Shown here: in pieces, positions 21,263-31,790 of the stretch | How positions within the stretch are numbered: the stretch's first letter is position 1 | How the letters are laid out: every line of letters begins with the position of its first letter | Assembly: GCA_963841435.1 (NCBI GenBank) | Contig: CAWJCS010000006.1 | Coordinates: forward strand, 480,001 to 544,000 | Direction: 5' to 3' | Source: an uncultured delta proteobacterium | GTDB taxonomy: Bacteria > Myxococcota_A > Polyangia > Polyangiales > Polyangiaceae | Length of the DNA: 64,000 nucleotides | Position numbers and translations under genes: made by a program | Notes under the pieces: model-generated | What the model saw: the letters and a program-made list of their open reading frames with translations, nothing else | What the model was told of the DNA's origin: nothing | Database searches by the model: none

Positions 21263-22725
21263 GCGCGCCTTCCGATCCCATCGCCCAGCGGCTGGGAGCG
21301 GCTGTCGAGAAGCGCCTTGGGGTTTCGCTCGACGCGCGCGGGTTGTGCGACCTCGTGGAGCGGCTGTATGCCACGCGTGGTATCGCCGCAGCCGACGCGC
21401 TCGTCGCAGGCCTCGAGAGCGGGGGCGAGCGCGAGCTCTTGGAGCTCGTCCCCACGCTTACAGTGGGGGAAACCTACTTTTTTCGTCACCGGGCTCAGTT
21501 CGACGCGCTAGCTTCGCTGGTCGCCCGGGGCGAGCTCGGCAAGCTTCGCCTGAGCTGTCTCAGTGCGGCTTGCGCTTCGGGCGAGGAGCCCTATTCGCTG
21601 GCCATGGTCCTCGACGAGCTCGGTGGGGCCGCGGCCCGGGGCGCGACGATCGCGGCGTTCGACGTGAACCCGGTGGCGCTCGAGCGGGCGCGGACCCGTC
21701 GTTATGCCGCGTGGTCGTTGCGCGAGACCAGCGCCGAGGCGAAGCGGCGCTGGTTCGCGGCGACGGGCGGAGGCTTCGAGATCTCTCCGGTCATCGCGGA
21801 ATCGGTCACGTTCGTCGAGGGCAATTTAACGGTGGACGACGACGAGCTGTTTCGGGAGGGCGCCTACGACGTCGTGTTCTGTCGCAACGTGCTCATGTAT
21901 TTCACGCGCGAGCAGGCCGCGCGGGCAGTCGCGCGCATCGCGCGAAGCCTCGTGCCCGGGGGCTATCTGTTCCTCGGGCACGCAGAGACCTTGCGGGGCC
22001 TGAGCCACGACTATCAGCTCTGCCACGCCGACGGCGCCTTCTACTATCGCCGCAGAGGGAGCGCCCTGCAGCCGGCGCCCGAAACGGCCGGCCCCGGCGT
22101 GCGGGACGTGTGGACGCTGCCATCGAGCGATTGGGTCGAGGCCATCGGCGACGCAACGCGTCGCATCGAGGCCCTGTCGGCCTCCACGCCGCCGGGGTCG
22201 GCCATGGCGGGCGCTCGGCAAGCCGATCTGAGCGAGCCCCTGCGGCTGCTCGGCGAGGAACGCTTCGAGGAAGCGCTCGGGCTGCTCGGGTCCCCGGGCC
22301 ATCGTGCGGCGGCCAGCGATCCCGAGCACCGCCTGCTCGAGGCCGCGCTCTACGTGCAGACCGGCCGGCTCCATGACGCCGAGCGCGCCTGCGAGGCACT
22401 CCTTTCGCTCGACGGTCTAGACGGCGAGGTCTACCACCTGCTCGGTCTGTGCCACGAGGGTAGGGGGCGAGTGCCGGCGGCGCTCGAGGCGTACCGGATG
22501 GCCGCGCACCTGGCGCCGACGTTCTCGCTGCCCCGCTTTCAGCTCGGCCTACTGCTCAGGCGTTGGGGGGAAGCGGGCCCCGCGCGGGAGGCGCTTTCCG
22601 AGGCCCGAGCGCTGCTCGAACGCGAGGACGCATCGCGCATTCTTTTGTTCGGGGGCGGCTTCGGGCGTGCGGCCCTACTCGCTTGCTGCAACGCGGAGCT
22701 CGCGGCGCTCGAGGCGAGATCATGA
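21259..22725 (+). CDS. cheR: CheR methyltransferase with C-terminal TPR domain
   Basis: LTVGETYFFRH, SAACASGEEPYSLAM, DVVFCRNVLMYF, LFLGHAE, followed by TPR-like helices. TTG 21259 overlaps the cheW stop. Confidence 0.94.
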   Translation: MSAPSDPIAQRLGAAVEKRLGVSLDARGLCDLVERLYATRGIAAADALVAGLESGGERELLELVPTLTVGETYFFRHRAQFDALASLVARGELGKLRLSCLSAACASGEEPYSLAMVLDELGGAAARGATIAAFDVNPVALERARTRRYAAWSLRETSAEAKRRWFAATGGGFEISPVIAESVTFVEGNLTVDDDELFREGAYDVVFCRNVLMYFTREQAARAVARIARSLVPGGYLFLGHAETLRGLSHDYQLCHADGAFYYRRRGSALQPAPETAGPGVRDVWTLPSSDWVEAIGDATRRIEALSASTPPGSAMAGARQADLSEPLRLLGEERFEEALGLLGSPGHRAAASDPEHRLLEAALYVQTGRLHDAERACEALLSLDGLDGEVYHLLGLCHEGRGRVPAALEAYRMAAHLAPTFSLPRFQLGLLLRRWGEAGPAREALSEARALLEREDASRILLFGGGFGRAALLACCNAELAALEARS

Positions 22726-23240
22726 GCGAGCACGACGACGACCGCTTGCGAGTGCTGCGCGAAACGTTCGATCGCTCCTTCGCGGAGCCCTATTTCGGCA
22801 CGGTGAAACGGACCGCGCCGCTGCTCGAGGTGCGCGTCGCGGAGTCACCGTACGCCCTCGATCTCGCCGAAATCGGTGCCGTGGTCGCGGGCATCTCGCC
22901 CACTCCGGTGCCGAGCGACGAGCCAGCGTTGTTGGGCGTCGTCGGCGTCTCGGGCGAGCTCATCGCGGTTTACGACCTGTCGCGCGTGCTAGGCCACGAG
23001 GGGTCGCGCCCGCCGCGCTGGCTCGCGCGCGTGCGCGGGCAGCCCGTGGCGTTCGCGTTCGACGCTCTCGACGGGCACAGCCAGCTGCCACCCGGGGTGC
23101 TCCTCGAGCCCGCAGCCGAAGGGGCGGACGCGCTGCCGGAGCTCGTGTGGCTGTCTGGCCTTTCGCGTCCCTTGATTCGACTTTCCGTGCTGGCCGCTCG
23201 GCTTCGGCGGCGGCTCACCCCGAGAGAGGAAGCGTTGTGA
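22722..23240 (+). CDS. cheW: CheW adaptor 2
   Basis: [49 protein letters not shown]. Confidence 0.85.
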   Translation: MSEHDDDRLRVLRETFDRSFAEPYFGTVKRTAPLLEVRVAESPYALDLAEIGAVVAGISPTPVPSDEPALLGVVGVSGELIAVYDLSRVLGHEGSRPPRWLARVRGQPVAFAFDALDGHSQLPPGVLLEPAAEGADALPELVWLSGLSRPLIRLSVLAARLRRRLTPREEAL

Positions 23241-23241
23241 C

Positions 23242-24708
23242 ATGAAGAACGAGTGGAGCTTCGGCAGGAAGATCGGCGTCGGATTTGCGCTTGCGGTGGC
23301 GCTCACGGTGGCCGTGGGCTGGATCGGCGCGTACGCCCTGCGTCGCGTCGTCAACGCCAAGGACCGCGTTCTGTCTCGCACGGCGACGGCACTCGTCGAC
23401 GGCCAGCGCTTCGAAGCCAACGTCGAGGCCGAAGTGTCGGCGATTCGTGGCTACGCGCTCACACGGGAGCCGCACTATCTCGAGGAATGGTCGAGCGTGC
23501 GTGCCGAGGCGCTCAAGATCATGGGACACTTGCGCGCTGGCGCGACGCAGCGCGCGGCGCTCGCCGAAGACGTTGCGAGGGCCGAGGAGGACTATTTTCA
23601 CGCGCAGCAGGCGCTCGTGGAGCTCGTCAAGCGTGGTGGGTCGCCCGCAGAAATCTCGCAGTCACTCGTCTCCGATCTACGGCCCGGCCGCCGTCAGCTG
23701 CGGACGGCCGTCGATGCCCTCGTGAGCGCCGAGGAGCAGGCCCTGAAGGTCGAGACCCAGGAAGGCACGCGGATTGCGAGCTCGGCCATCGAGCAGGTCG
23801 TGATGCTCACCGCATTCGTGGGGTTGCTCGCAGCCGTGGTCGCCGCCCTCCTGGTTCGCACGCTCAGCCGGCAGATCGGCTCGGCCGTCGGACAGGTGCA
23901 AAGTTCCTCGGCCGAGCTCCAGGCCGCCGCCAACCAGCAGGCGGCGAGCTCGCGCGAGCAGTCGACGGCCATGGCCGAGATCACGACCACGATCAGCGAG
24001 CTTTTGGCCACCTCACGTCAGATCGCCGAGAGCTCGCAGCGAGTAGCGCAGATGGCGGCACAGACGGCGGGCTCCGCTCGCTCGGGCGACGAAACTGTGG
24101 CGCGCGCTCGTGAGTCCATCGCGGGCATTCAGCGCCAGGTGGAGCTCGTCGTGGGGCACATGCTCGATCTCGGCAAGAAATCGCAGCAGATCGGGGTCGT
24201 GCTCGACATCGTCTCCGAGCTCGCCGAGCAGACCAACATCCTCGCCATCAACGCCACCATCGAGGCGACCGGCGCGGGTGACGCCGGACGCCGCTTCGGC
24301 GTCGTGGCCGACGAGATCCGCAAGCTTGCCGACCGAGTCGCCGGCTCGACGAAGGAGATCCGCAGGCTCATCGAGGAGGTGCGCAGCGCCGTCAACACCA
24401 CCGTCATGGTCACCGAGACGGGTTCCAAAGCCGTCGATGCCGGCACGCGCCAGTTCGGTGACGTCACGACCGCGCTCCGCCAGATCGGCGGGCTCGTCTC
24501 GAGCACGACGGATGCCGCGCGCGAAATCGAGCTCTCCACGAAGCAGCAGAGTACGGCCGTCGAGCAGGTCAACGTCGCGATCGCCAACGTCGCCCAGGCG
24601 TCGAAGGAATCCGAAGTGAGCTCGGCGCAAACGCTGCAGACCGCGTCGCAGCTCGCGACGCTTTCCAAGGATTTGTTGCGCTTGATTCGGCCCGACAAGG
24701 CGGCTTGA
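23242..24708 (+). CDS. Methyl-accepting chemotaxis protein (2 TM, periplasmic helical/CHASE3-like sensor)
   Basis: Hairpin tip [36 protein letters not shown]; two TM segments. Confidence 0.95.
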   Translation: MKNEWSFGRKIGVGFALAVALTVAVGWIGAYALRRVVNAKDRVLSRTATALVDGQRFEANVEAEVSAIRGYALTREPHYLEEWSSVRAEALKIMGHLRAGATQRAALAEDVARAEEDYFHAQQALVELVKRGGSPAEISQSLVSDLRPGRRQLRTAVDALVSAEEQALKVETQEGTRIASSAIEQVVMLTAFVGLLAAVVAALLVRTLSRQIGSAVGQVQSSSAELQAAANQQAASSREQSTAMAEITTTISELLATSRQIAESSQRVAQMAAQTAGSARSGDETVARARESIAGIQRQVELVVGHMLDLGKKSQQIGVVLDIVSELAEQTNILAINATIEATGAGDAGRRFGVVADEIRKLADRVAGSTKEIRRLIEEVRSAVNTTVMVTETGSKAVDAGTRQFGDVTTALRQIGGLVSSTTDAAREIELSTKQQSTAVEQVNVAIANVAQASKESEVSSAQTLQTASQLATLSKDLLRLIRPDKAA

Positions 24709-26732
24709 TGCCGAACGACGACCCGTTCAAGTACTTTCGCGTCGAGGCGGTGGAGCTCACCGAGCTATTGACTCAGGGCGCCGCGGCGCTCGAGCAGGGC
24801 CTGGTGCCGCCGGCCGGCGTGGCCGCGCTCTTGCGCCACGCCCACACGCTCAAGGGAGCGGCACGCGTCGTGAAGCAGCCTGAAATCGGCGACCAGGCGC
24901 ACGCCATCGAGGATTTGCTCTCGCCGTACCGCGCGCCCGGGGCGCAGCCGCCGGTCGAGTGCGGGCGGGCGTTGCTCGAGCGTCTCGCGGCCATCCGGGC
25001 GCTGCTCGCGTCGCTGGGCGCGCCGATCGAGCGGCGGAACGCCAAACCTTCGGTTGCCGACGACCTTCGCACGCTGCGCCTCGACGTGAAGGAGATCGAA
25101 GCGGTCGTCGAGAGCGTCGCCGAGGCGCTCGCCGAGCTCGAGCCGTTGCGCGAGGCGCTGCCCGTGCTCGACGACACCAAGAAGCTCAGCGCGTTGCTCG
25201 GTCGGCAGCTCGACGCCGCTCGTTCCGACGATGCGCGGCGCGTCGCGGGTGCGCGCTCGATTGCCGGCAATCTCGAACAGGGCCTGGGCAAGGTCGAGCG
25301 GATCGTTCGGTCCGGGTTCGAGCGGCTCGAGCGCGCGCTCGAGCAGACGCACGTGCGCGCGGAGCGCCTGCGCCTCATTCCCGTCGAGCGGCTTTTCGAA
25401 GTGCTCGAGAGCGCGGGGCGCGAGGCGGCGGCCGAGCTTGGTCTCGAGCTCGTCTTCGAACGCTCGGGCGACGACCTCAGGGTCAACGCGCACGCCCTTG
25501 GCGTCGCCCAGCGCGCGCTGCTCCACGTCGTTCGCAACGTGGTGGCGCACGGCATCGAGCCTCCGGCCGAGCGCGTTGCCGCCGGCAAGCCGCGCGCGGG
25601 CTCGGTGCGGCTCGGTGTGAGGCGAGATCGACGCCAGGTCGTGTTCAGCTGTCGCGACGACGGTCGAGGGCTCGACACCTCGGCGGTTCGGCGCGCGCTG
25701 GAGGCGGCGGGCGTCCACGTCGGCGGCCTCGGCGAGGCTGCCCTGCTCGAACGTCTGCTGGAGAGCGGGGTCTCGACCGCGACCGGTATCACGGGGCTTT
25801 CCGGCCGAGGCCTGGGCCTCGACGTCGTGCGCGACGCAGCGGAGACGCTCGGCGGTTCCGCCCGGCTCTTCACCGAGCGCGGTCGAGGTTTCGGGGTCGA
25901 GCTCAGACTGCCAATCACGGCGCTCTCCATCCCCGGCTTGGCCGTCGAGTGCGAGGGTCGCGTGCTCACCGTTCCGCTCCACGCCGTGCTCGAATGCGCG
26001 CGCCTGCGCCGCGATGAGATTTCGCATGGTGCCGAGGGAGACCAGGTGGCGTACGCGGGGACCCCCGTCCCTTTTGCGCCGCTTTCACGCGTGCTCGGGG
26101 CCACGCCGGGCTCACAGCGCGACGCCTGGGCCGCGCTCTTCGTCCGCGGAGACGGAGGGACGGCGGCCGTCGGCGTCGATCGCCTGCTCGGTCCGCGCAA
26201 CGTCGCCCTGCAGCTATTGCCCGAAGTGGCGCGCGCGAGCAACGTCGTGGCCGGAGCGTCGCTCGACGCGCTCGGCCAGCCCGAGCTCGTGCTCGATCCG
26301 GACGGCCTCGTCGCCAGGATCCGTCGTTCGGCGCACCGCGAGGTCACGCGTCGCGCGCCACGCCGGGTGGTGCTGGTCATCGACGACTCGCTGACGACGC
26401 GCATGCTCGAGCAGAGCATTCTCGAATCGGCGGGCTATGACGTAGACCTCGCCACCTCCGCCGAGGAAGCGCTCGAGCACGCCGACCCCGAGCGCCACGC
26501 GCTGTTTCTGGTCAACGTCGAGATGCCGGGCATCGACGGTTTCACGTTCGTCGAGCGGATCCGCAACGATCCCCGGCTCGGCCGCATCCCGGCCGTGCTC
26601 GTGAGCTCACGCGCCGCTCCCGAGGATCTGGCGCGCGGCAAGGCTCTGGGTGCAGCGGGGTACATGGTCAAGGACCGCTTCGACCAGAAGGAGCTGCTTT
26701 CACTGATCGCGCGACTCGTGGGGCCCGCATGA
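24708..26732 (+). CDS. cheA: Hybrid CheA (Hpt-dimer-HATPase-CheW-receiver)
   Basis: HAHTLKGAAR, RNVVAHGIE, DDGRGLD, SGRGLGLDVV, CheW domain, C-terminal receiver (VIDDS...LVNVEMP...VK). Confidence 0.95.
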   Translation: MPNDDPFKYFRVEAVELTELLTQGAAALEQGLVPPAGVAALLRHAHTLKGAARVVKQPEIGDQAHAIEDLLSPYRAPGAQPPVECGRALLERLAAIRALLASLGAPIERRNAKPSVADDLRTLRLDVKEIEAVVESVAEALAELEPLREALPVLDDTKKLSALLGRQLDAARSDDARRVAGARSIAGNLEQGLGKVERIVRSGFERLERALEQTHVRAERLRLIPVERLFEVLESAGREAAAELGLELVFERSGDDLRVNAHALGVAQRALLHVVRNVVAHGIEPPAERVAAGKPRAGSVRLGVRRDRRQVVFSCRDDGRGLDTSAVRRALEAAGVHVGGLGEAALLERLLESGVSTATGITGLSGRGLGLDVVRDAAETLGGSARLFTERGRGFGVELRLPITALSIPGLAVECEGRVLTVPLHAVLECARLRRDEISHGAEGDQVAYAGTPVPFAPLSRVLGATPGSQRDAWAALFVRGDGGTAAVGVDRLLGPRNVALQLLPEVARASNVVAGASLDALGQPELVLDPDGLVARIRRSAHREVTRRAPRRVVLVIDDSLTTRMLEQSILESAGYDVDLATSAEEALEHADPERHALFLVNVEMPGIDGFTFVERIRNDPRLGRIPAVLVSSRAAPEDLARGKALGAAGYMVKDRFDQKELLSLIARLVGPA

Positions 26733-27799
26733 GCGCGCTCAGGGTTCTCATCGTGGACGATTCGCTCACCGTGCGTTCACGGCTCGCCGAGGTGCTCGGC
26801 GCGAGCGACGACATGTGCGTCGTCGGCGCTGTCGGCGACGGCCAGAGCGCCGTCGAAGCGTGCGCGACGTTGCGCCCCGACGCCATCACCATGGACATGA
26901 TGCTGCCGGGCATGAACGGCTTGCAGGCAACCGAGCACATCATGGCGCACTTTCCCACGCCGATCCTCGTCGTGTCGTCCTCGTTCAATCGCGGCGAGCT
27001 CTTCAAGACGTACGACGCGCTCGCGGCGGGTGCGGTCAACGTGCTCGAAAAGCCGGCGGGTGACGAGCCCGAGGGCGCGTGGGAGGCTCGCCTGCTTGCG
27101 AGCTTGCGTCTCGTCTCGCGCGTCCGCGTCATCACCCACGTGCGTGCACGCCTTGGCACGCCGAGGGCGTCACCGTCACCGGTCGTGAACCTGGGCTGGG
27201 CGGGGTCGAGCCTAAGGCGTCGCGCGATCGCGCTCGGGGCTTCCACGGGCGGGCCTGCCGCGCTCGTGCGCGTCGTTGGCGCGCTGCCCCGCGAGGATCC
27301 CGTCCCCATACTGATCGTGTTGCACCTGGCAGCGCCGTTCGCGGGGGCGTTCGCCGAATGGTTCGGCGCGCAAACGCAGCGGTCGGTGCGCTACGCCGCG
27401 GGCGGCGAGCGCCTCGCCGAGCTCGACCATCAGGTGATCCTGGCGCCCCCGGATCGGCACCTCGTGGTTCGCGACGGTGCGCTCGCGCTAACGCTCGACC
27501 CGGAGCGCCACTCGTGCCGGCCGTCGGTCAACGTGCTGTTCGAGTCGCTCGCGGCCGAGCTTGGTGCGGGCGTCGCGGCCTGTCTACTCACGGGGATGGG
27601 CAAAGACGGCGCGCTCGGGCTCCTCGCCTTGCGTCGCGCGGGGTCCTTCACGCTCGCGCAAGACGAGGCCACGTCGTCGGTGTACGGCATGCCGCGCGAG
27701 GCAGCGCTGCTGGCGGCGGCCGCACGAGTGTTGTCGCTCGACGCGGTGGCGCCGGCGCTCGCGGGCTGGCTGTCGGTCGCCGCAGGCAGGGCGCGGTGA
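26729..27799 (+). CDS. cheB: CheB methylesterase (receiver plus catalytic domain)
   Basis: LIVDDS, MDMMLP; catalytic triad motifs GASTGGP, IVLH and LTGMGKDG; VYGMP. Confidence 0.96.
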   Translation: MSALRVLIVDDSLTVRSRLAEVLGASDDMCVVGAVGDGQSAVEACATLRPDAITMDMMLPGMNGLQATEHIMAHFPTPILVVSSSFNRGELFKTYDALAAGAVNVLEKPAGDEPEGAWEARLLASLRLVSRVRVITHVRARLGTPRASPSPVVNLGWAGSSLRRRAIALGASTGGPAALVRVVGALPREDPVPILIVLHLAAPFAGAFAEWFGAQTQRSVRYAAGGERLAELDHQVILAPPDRHLVVRDGALALTLDPERHSCRPSVNVLFESLAAELGAGVAACLLTGMGKDGALGLLALRRAGSFTLAQDEATSSVYGMPREAALLAAAARVLSLDAVAPALAGWLSVAAGRAR

Positions 27800-29865
27800 T
27801 GCCGACCGTGCTCATCGTCAACGACAGTCTCACGGTGCGCATGGACCTCGTCGAGGCCTTCGAATCCGTCGGATTTCGCTGTCTGGGCTGCGGCACCGTG
27901 CGCGAGGCGACGGAATTTCTCGGGCGCGAGGCGATCGACGTCGCGGTGCTCGACGTGATGCTGCCCGACGGCGACGGCATCGAGCTCTTGGAGCGCGTAC
28001 GGGGCGGCGCAGCGGCCCGCCGCATCGTCGTGCTCATGCTCTCGAGCGAGGCCGAGGTGCGTGATCGCCTGCGCGGGCTCGCGACGGGCGCCGACGAGTA
28101 CGTCGGCAAGCCCTACGAGGCGAGCTACGTCGTTGCCCGCGCCCAGGAGCTGATGGGTGGCGCGGAAGCGGCCTCGGAGCAACCCCTCGTCTTGCTCGTG
28201 GACGACAGTGCGACATTCCGAACCGCGTTCGGTCGGGCGCTCGTCGAGGGTGGCTTTCGCCTGGTCACGGCGAGCTCGGGCGAGGAAGGCCTCCGCATCG
28301 CCGCCGCGCGCGCGCCCAACGCCATCGTCGTCGACGGCGTGTTGCCCGGGATGGACGGCCCCACGCTGATCCGACGCGTGCGCCTCGACGGAGCGCTGCG
28401 CGGCGTGCCTTGCCTGCTCCTGTCGGGGTCGCAAGGCCCGGAGCACGAGCTCGCGGCGCTCGACTCCGGGGCCGATGCCTTCGTCAGCAAGACCGACGAC
28501 GCTCGCGTGATCCTTGCCAAGCTGCGGGCTCTCCTGCGCGCGTCCACCGAGGCCCGCGACGCGCCGCGCACGCGGAGCCTCGCGGGCCCTCGCCGCGTTC
28601 TCGTCGTCGACGACAGCGCGACTTTTCGCGAGACGATGGCGGAAGCCCTGCGGCTCGAAGGCTACGATGTCGTGCAGGTTGCCTCCGGTGAGGAAGCGCT
28701 CGAGCTCGTCGCGGTGCAGCCCGTGGACTGCGTGCTGCTCGATCTCGTGATGCCCGGTCTCGGCGGCACGGAAACCTGCCGGCGGCTCAAGCTGGCCGTG
28801 CCGTCGCGCGACATCCCCGTGCTCGTGCTCACGGCCGTCGAGGATCGATCGGTCGTCCTGGAAGTGCTCGGCGCCGGCGCGGACGATTTCATCCAGAAGT
28901 CGAGCGAGCTCGACGTGCTCAAGGCGCGTGTCCGGGCACAGCTCAGGCGCCGCCAGTTCGAGGACGAGACGCGCCGGGTGCGTGAGCAGCTGCTCCGGAG
29001 CGAAATCGACGCGGCCGAGGCACGTGCGGCCCACAAGGCCGCCGTTTCGCGCATGGCGTTTCTCGAGCGCCTCGCGGAGAAGAATCGGGAGCTCGACCAG
29101 GCCTACAAGGATCTCCAAGCGGCGCAGGCCCAGCTCGTTCAGGCAGCGAAGATGGCGTCGCTCGGCGGGCTCGTGGCGGGTATCGCGCACGAGATCAACA
29201 ACCCGTTGGCCTTCTCGCTCTCGCACCTGTCCACCGCGGAGCGCGACCTCGATGGCCTGGCGGCCTTGGTACTCGGCGCGCTCGGCGATGCCGAGCGTCC
29301 CGCTTGGGAGCGAGCACACACGCGCTTGCGCGAGATGCGCATCGGGCTCGAACGAATTGGTCAGCTGGTGCTCAAGTTGCGCACGTTCTCGCGCCTCGAC
29401 GAAGGAGCGCTCGAGCGCGTGGACATCGTCGAGAGCGTTGATTCCGTTCTCACCATCCTGCAGCACCGGCTCCGCGATCGCATCAACGTCGTGCGTCGCT
29501 TCGACGCGCCGCGCAAGCTCGATTGCTATCCTGGACCGTTGAATCAAGCCATCATGAACCTCGTCGCGAACTCCATCGACGCCATCGCCGGGCAAGGCAC
29601 CATCACCATCAGCACCGACGTGCAAGGCGACCGCTATTGCATCGCCGTGGCCGATACGGGCTCGGGCATCCTGCCCGAGCACCGCGAGCAGGTCTTCGAT
29701 CCGTTCTTCACGACCAAGCCCGTGGGGCAGGGCACGGGCCTCGGCCTCAGCATCACGTACGCCATCGTGCGTCAGCACGGCGGTGAGCTCGTCGTTTCAC
29801 AGCCGAGCACCGGCGGCACGACGATGACCATGCGCTTGCCCCTGTCGCAGGAGGGTGCGGCGTGA
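27799..29865 (+). CDS. Triple-receiver histidine kinase (Rec-Rec-Rec-HisKA-HATPase)
   Basis: Three receivers (VLDVMLP, VVDGVLP, LLDLVMP), H-box [36 protein letters not shown] 27799 overlaps the cheB stop. Confidence 0.93.
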   Translation: MPTVLIVNDSLTVRMDLVEAFESVGFRCLGCGTVREATEFLGREAIDVAVLDVMLPDGDGIELLERVRGGAAARRIVVLMLSSEAEVRDRLRGLATGADEYVGKPYEASYVVARAQELMGGAEAASEQPLVLLVDDSATFRTAFGRALVEGGFRLVTASSGEEGLRIAAARAPNAIVVDGVLPGMDGPTLIRRVRLDGALRGVPCLLLSGSQGPEHELAALDSGADAFVSKTDDARVILAKLRALLRASTEARDAPRTRSLAGPRRVLVVDDSATFRETMAEALRLEGYDVVQVASGEEALELVAVQPVDCVLLDLVMPGLGGTETCRRLKLAVPSRDIPVLVLTAVEDRSVVLEVLGAGADDFIQKSSELDVLKARVRAQLRRRQFEDETRRVREQLLRSEIDAAEARAAHKAAVSRMAFLERLAEKNRELDQAYKDLQAAQAQLVQAAKMASLGGLVAGIAHEINNPLAFSLSHLSTAERDLDGLAALVLGALGDAERPAWERAHTRLREMRIGLERIGQLVLKLRTFSRLDEGALERVDIVESVDSVLTILQHRLRDRINVVRRFDAPRKLDCYPGPLNQAIMNLVANSIDAIAGQGTITISTDVQGDRYCIAVADTGSGILPEHREQVFDPFFTTKPVGQGTGLGLSITYAIVRQHGGELVVSQPSTGGTTMTMRLPLSQEGAA

Positions 29866-31790
29866 GCGCGAACGCGGCTCAGCGCGTGCTCGTCGTCGAC
29901 GACGAGCCCCAGGTGCTCGTGGCGCTCGAGGATCTCCTGCGCGACCAGTTCTTCGTGCTCACGGCCGACTCCGCCGAACGCGCTCTCGCCGTCGCACGGC
30001 GCGAGCCCGACATCGCCGTCGTCTTGACCGACCAGCGGATGCCCGGGATGAGCGGTGACGAGCTCCTCACCCAGCTCGCGGGCTCGCTACCCGCCGAGCG
30101 CATCCTGCTCACGGGGTACGCCAACGTCGCGGCCGTCGTGAGAGCCGTCAACGAAGGCCGCATCTTCGCGTACGCCACGAAGCCGTGGAACCCCGACGAC
30201 CTGCGGATCAAGGTGGCGAAGGCCGCCGAGCGCTACCGGCTCGCCACGGAGCTCACCCACGAGCGAGAGCTCTTGAATCGCGTGCTCGGTGGCATGGCCG
30301 ACGGCGTCATCGCCGCCTCCCGCAGCGGAGAGCTTTTGCTCTTCAACCTGCAAGCGGAGCGTCTGCTCGGGATCCAGGCGTCGCGGTTCGACCCGCGGAC
30401 TTGGCTCGAGGCCTGCGGCGTTCACGAGCCCGACGAACGCACGCCGCTCGATCCGGCTCGCGATCCGCTGCGCCACGCGATGGACGGACGGCCCCAGGGC
30501 GATTGCGAGATTTTCGTGAAAAATGCGCGGGTCGAGGGGGCGTTTCTTTCCGTCGCTTCGGCCGAGCTGCGCGACGAAGCGCGCGCGGTCGTCGGCGGCG
30601 TCCTCGTCTTGCGGGACATCACCGACCGAAGGCGGCTCGAGAGCGAGCTCGCCCAGGCTCATAGGGTGGAAGCCCTGGGAATGCTGGCGGGCGGCGTGGC
30701 TCACGACTTCAACAACATGCTCGCCGTGATCACGGGCCACGGGGAGCTGTTGCTCGGTGAGCTCGCCGAAGACGACGCTCGGCGGCCCGATCTCCTGCAG
30801 ATGCTGACGGGCGCGCGCCGCGCAGCGGGTCTCACGCGACAGCTGCTCACCTTCAGCCGCAAGCAGGTGCGACGGCTCGAGATCGTCAACGTGAACCAGA
30901 TCGTGGCGGGCATGCGCAGCATGCTCGAGCGGGTGATCGGGGAGGACATCGCGCTTTTCGCCGAGCTTTCGCCCGACCTGTGGCCGGTGCGTGCGGACGT
31001 GAGCCAGCTCGAGCAGGTGTTGCTCAATCTCACGGCGAATGCGCGAGACGCAATGCCGTCGGGCGGACGTTTCACGATCCAGACCGCAAACGTCGCGGCG
31101 AGCGCCGCGGGCGAGGGGCGCGTGCGCCTCGCCGTGACGGACACGGGTGTCGGCGTCGACGACCAGACGCGTCTCCGCATGTTCGAGCCGTTCTTCACGA
31201 CCAAGGAGCCCGGGCGCGGAACCGGCCTCGGCCTTGCCACGGTGCAGCGCATCGTGCAGGAGCTTCACGGCGAGCTTCGGGTCACGAGCACGGTCGGCCA
31301 GGGCACGACGTTCGTGTTGGACCTGCCAGCCGCGCCGGGCCTCACGCCGGCGGGGCTCGGCACCAGGCGATCACTTTCGCCCATTGCCGAGGGTGGCGCT
31401 TCGATCCTCGTCGTGGAGGACGAGGACGCCGTCAGGAAGGTCACGGCGCGCCTCCTGCGCCAGCGTGGCTACGCCGTGCTCGAGGCGCGGCTGCCAGGCG
31501 ACGCGCTCGAGCTTTGCGAGCGGGAAAGCACGCGCGTCAACCTGCTGCTCGCGGACGTCGTCATGCCGCAGATGGCTGGGCCCGAGCTCGCCGAGCGACT
31601 GCGGCGCATGCGCCCCGATCTGCGCGTGCTCTACGCCTCTGGTTACTCGGCATCGAGCGTCGCCGAACGCGGCGTCAACGTGCTCGGTGCTGCCTATCTC
31701 GAGAAGCCATTCTCGGCGGAAGCGCTCTACGCGGAGGTCGCCGCGGCGCTCTACGGGCCCACGAGCCTCACGCCTCGTTCCGCGCCCTGA
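29862..31790 (+). CDS. Hybrid histidine kinase (Rec-PAS-HisKA-HATPase-Rec)
   Basis: VVDDEP/TDQRMP/TKPW, PAS ([17 protein letters not shown]), [20 protein letters not shown], final receiver ADVVMP/EKPF. Confidence 0.93.
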   Translation: MSANAAQRVLVVDDEPQVLVALEDLLRDQFFVLTADSAERALAVARREPDIAVVLTDQRMPGMSGDELLTQLAGSLPAERILLTGYANVAAVVRAVNEGRIFAYATKPWNPDDLRIKVAKAAERYRLATELTHERELLNRVLGGMADGVIAASRSGELLLFNLQAERLLGIQASRFDPRTWLEACGVHEPDERTPLDPARDPLRHAMDGRPQGDCEIFVKNARVEGAFLSVASAELRDEARAVVGGVLVLRDITDRRRLESELAQAHRVEALGMLAGGVAHDFNNMLAVITGHGELLLGELAEDDARRPDLLQMLTGARRAAGLTRQLLTFSRKQVRRLEIVNVNQIVAGMRSMLERVIGEDIALFAELSPDLWPVRADVSQLEQVLLNLTANARDAMPSGGRFTIQTANVAASAAGEGRVRLAVTDTGVGVDDQTRLRMFEPFFTTKEPGRGTGLGLATVQRIVQELHGELRVTSTVGQGTTFVLDLPAAPGLTPAGLGTRRSLSPIAEGGASILVVEDEDAVRKVTARLLRQRGYAVLEARLPGDALELCERESTRVNLLLADVVMPQMAGPELAERLRRMRPDLRVLYASGYSASSVAERGVNVLGAAYLEKPFSAEALYAEVAAALYGPTSLTPRSAP

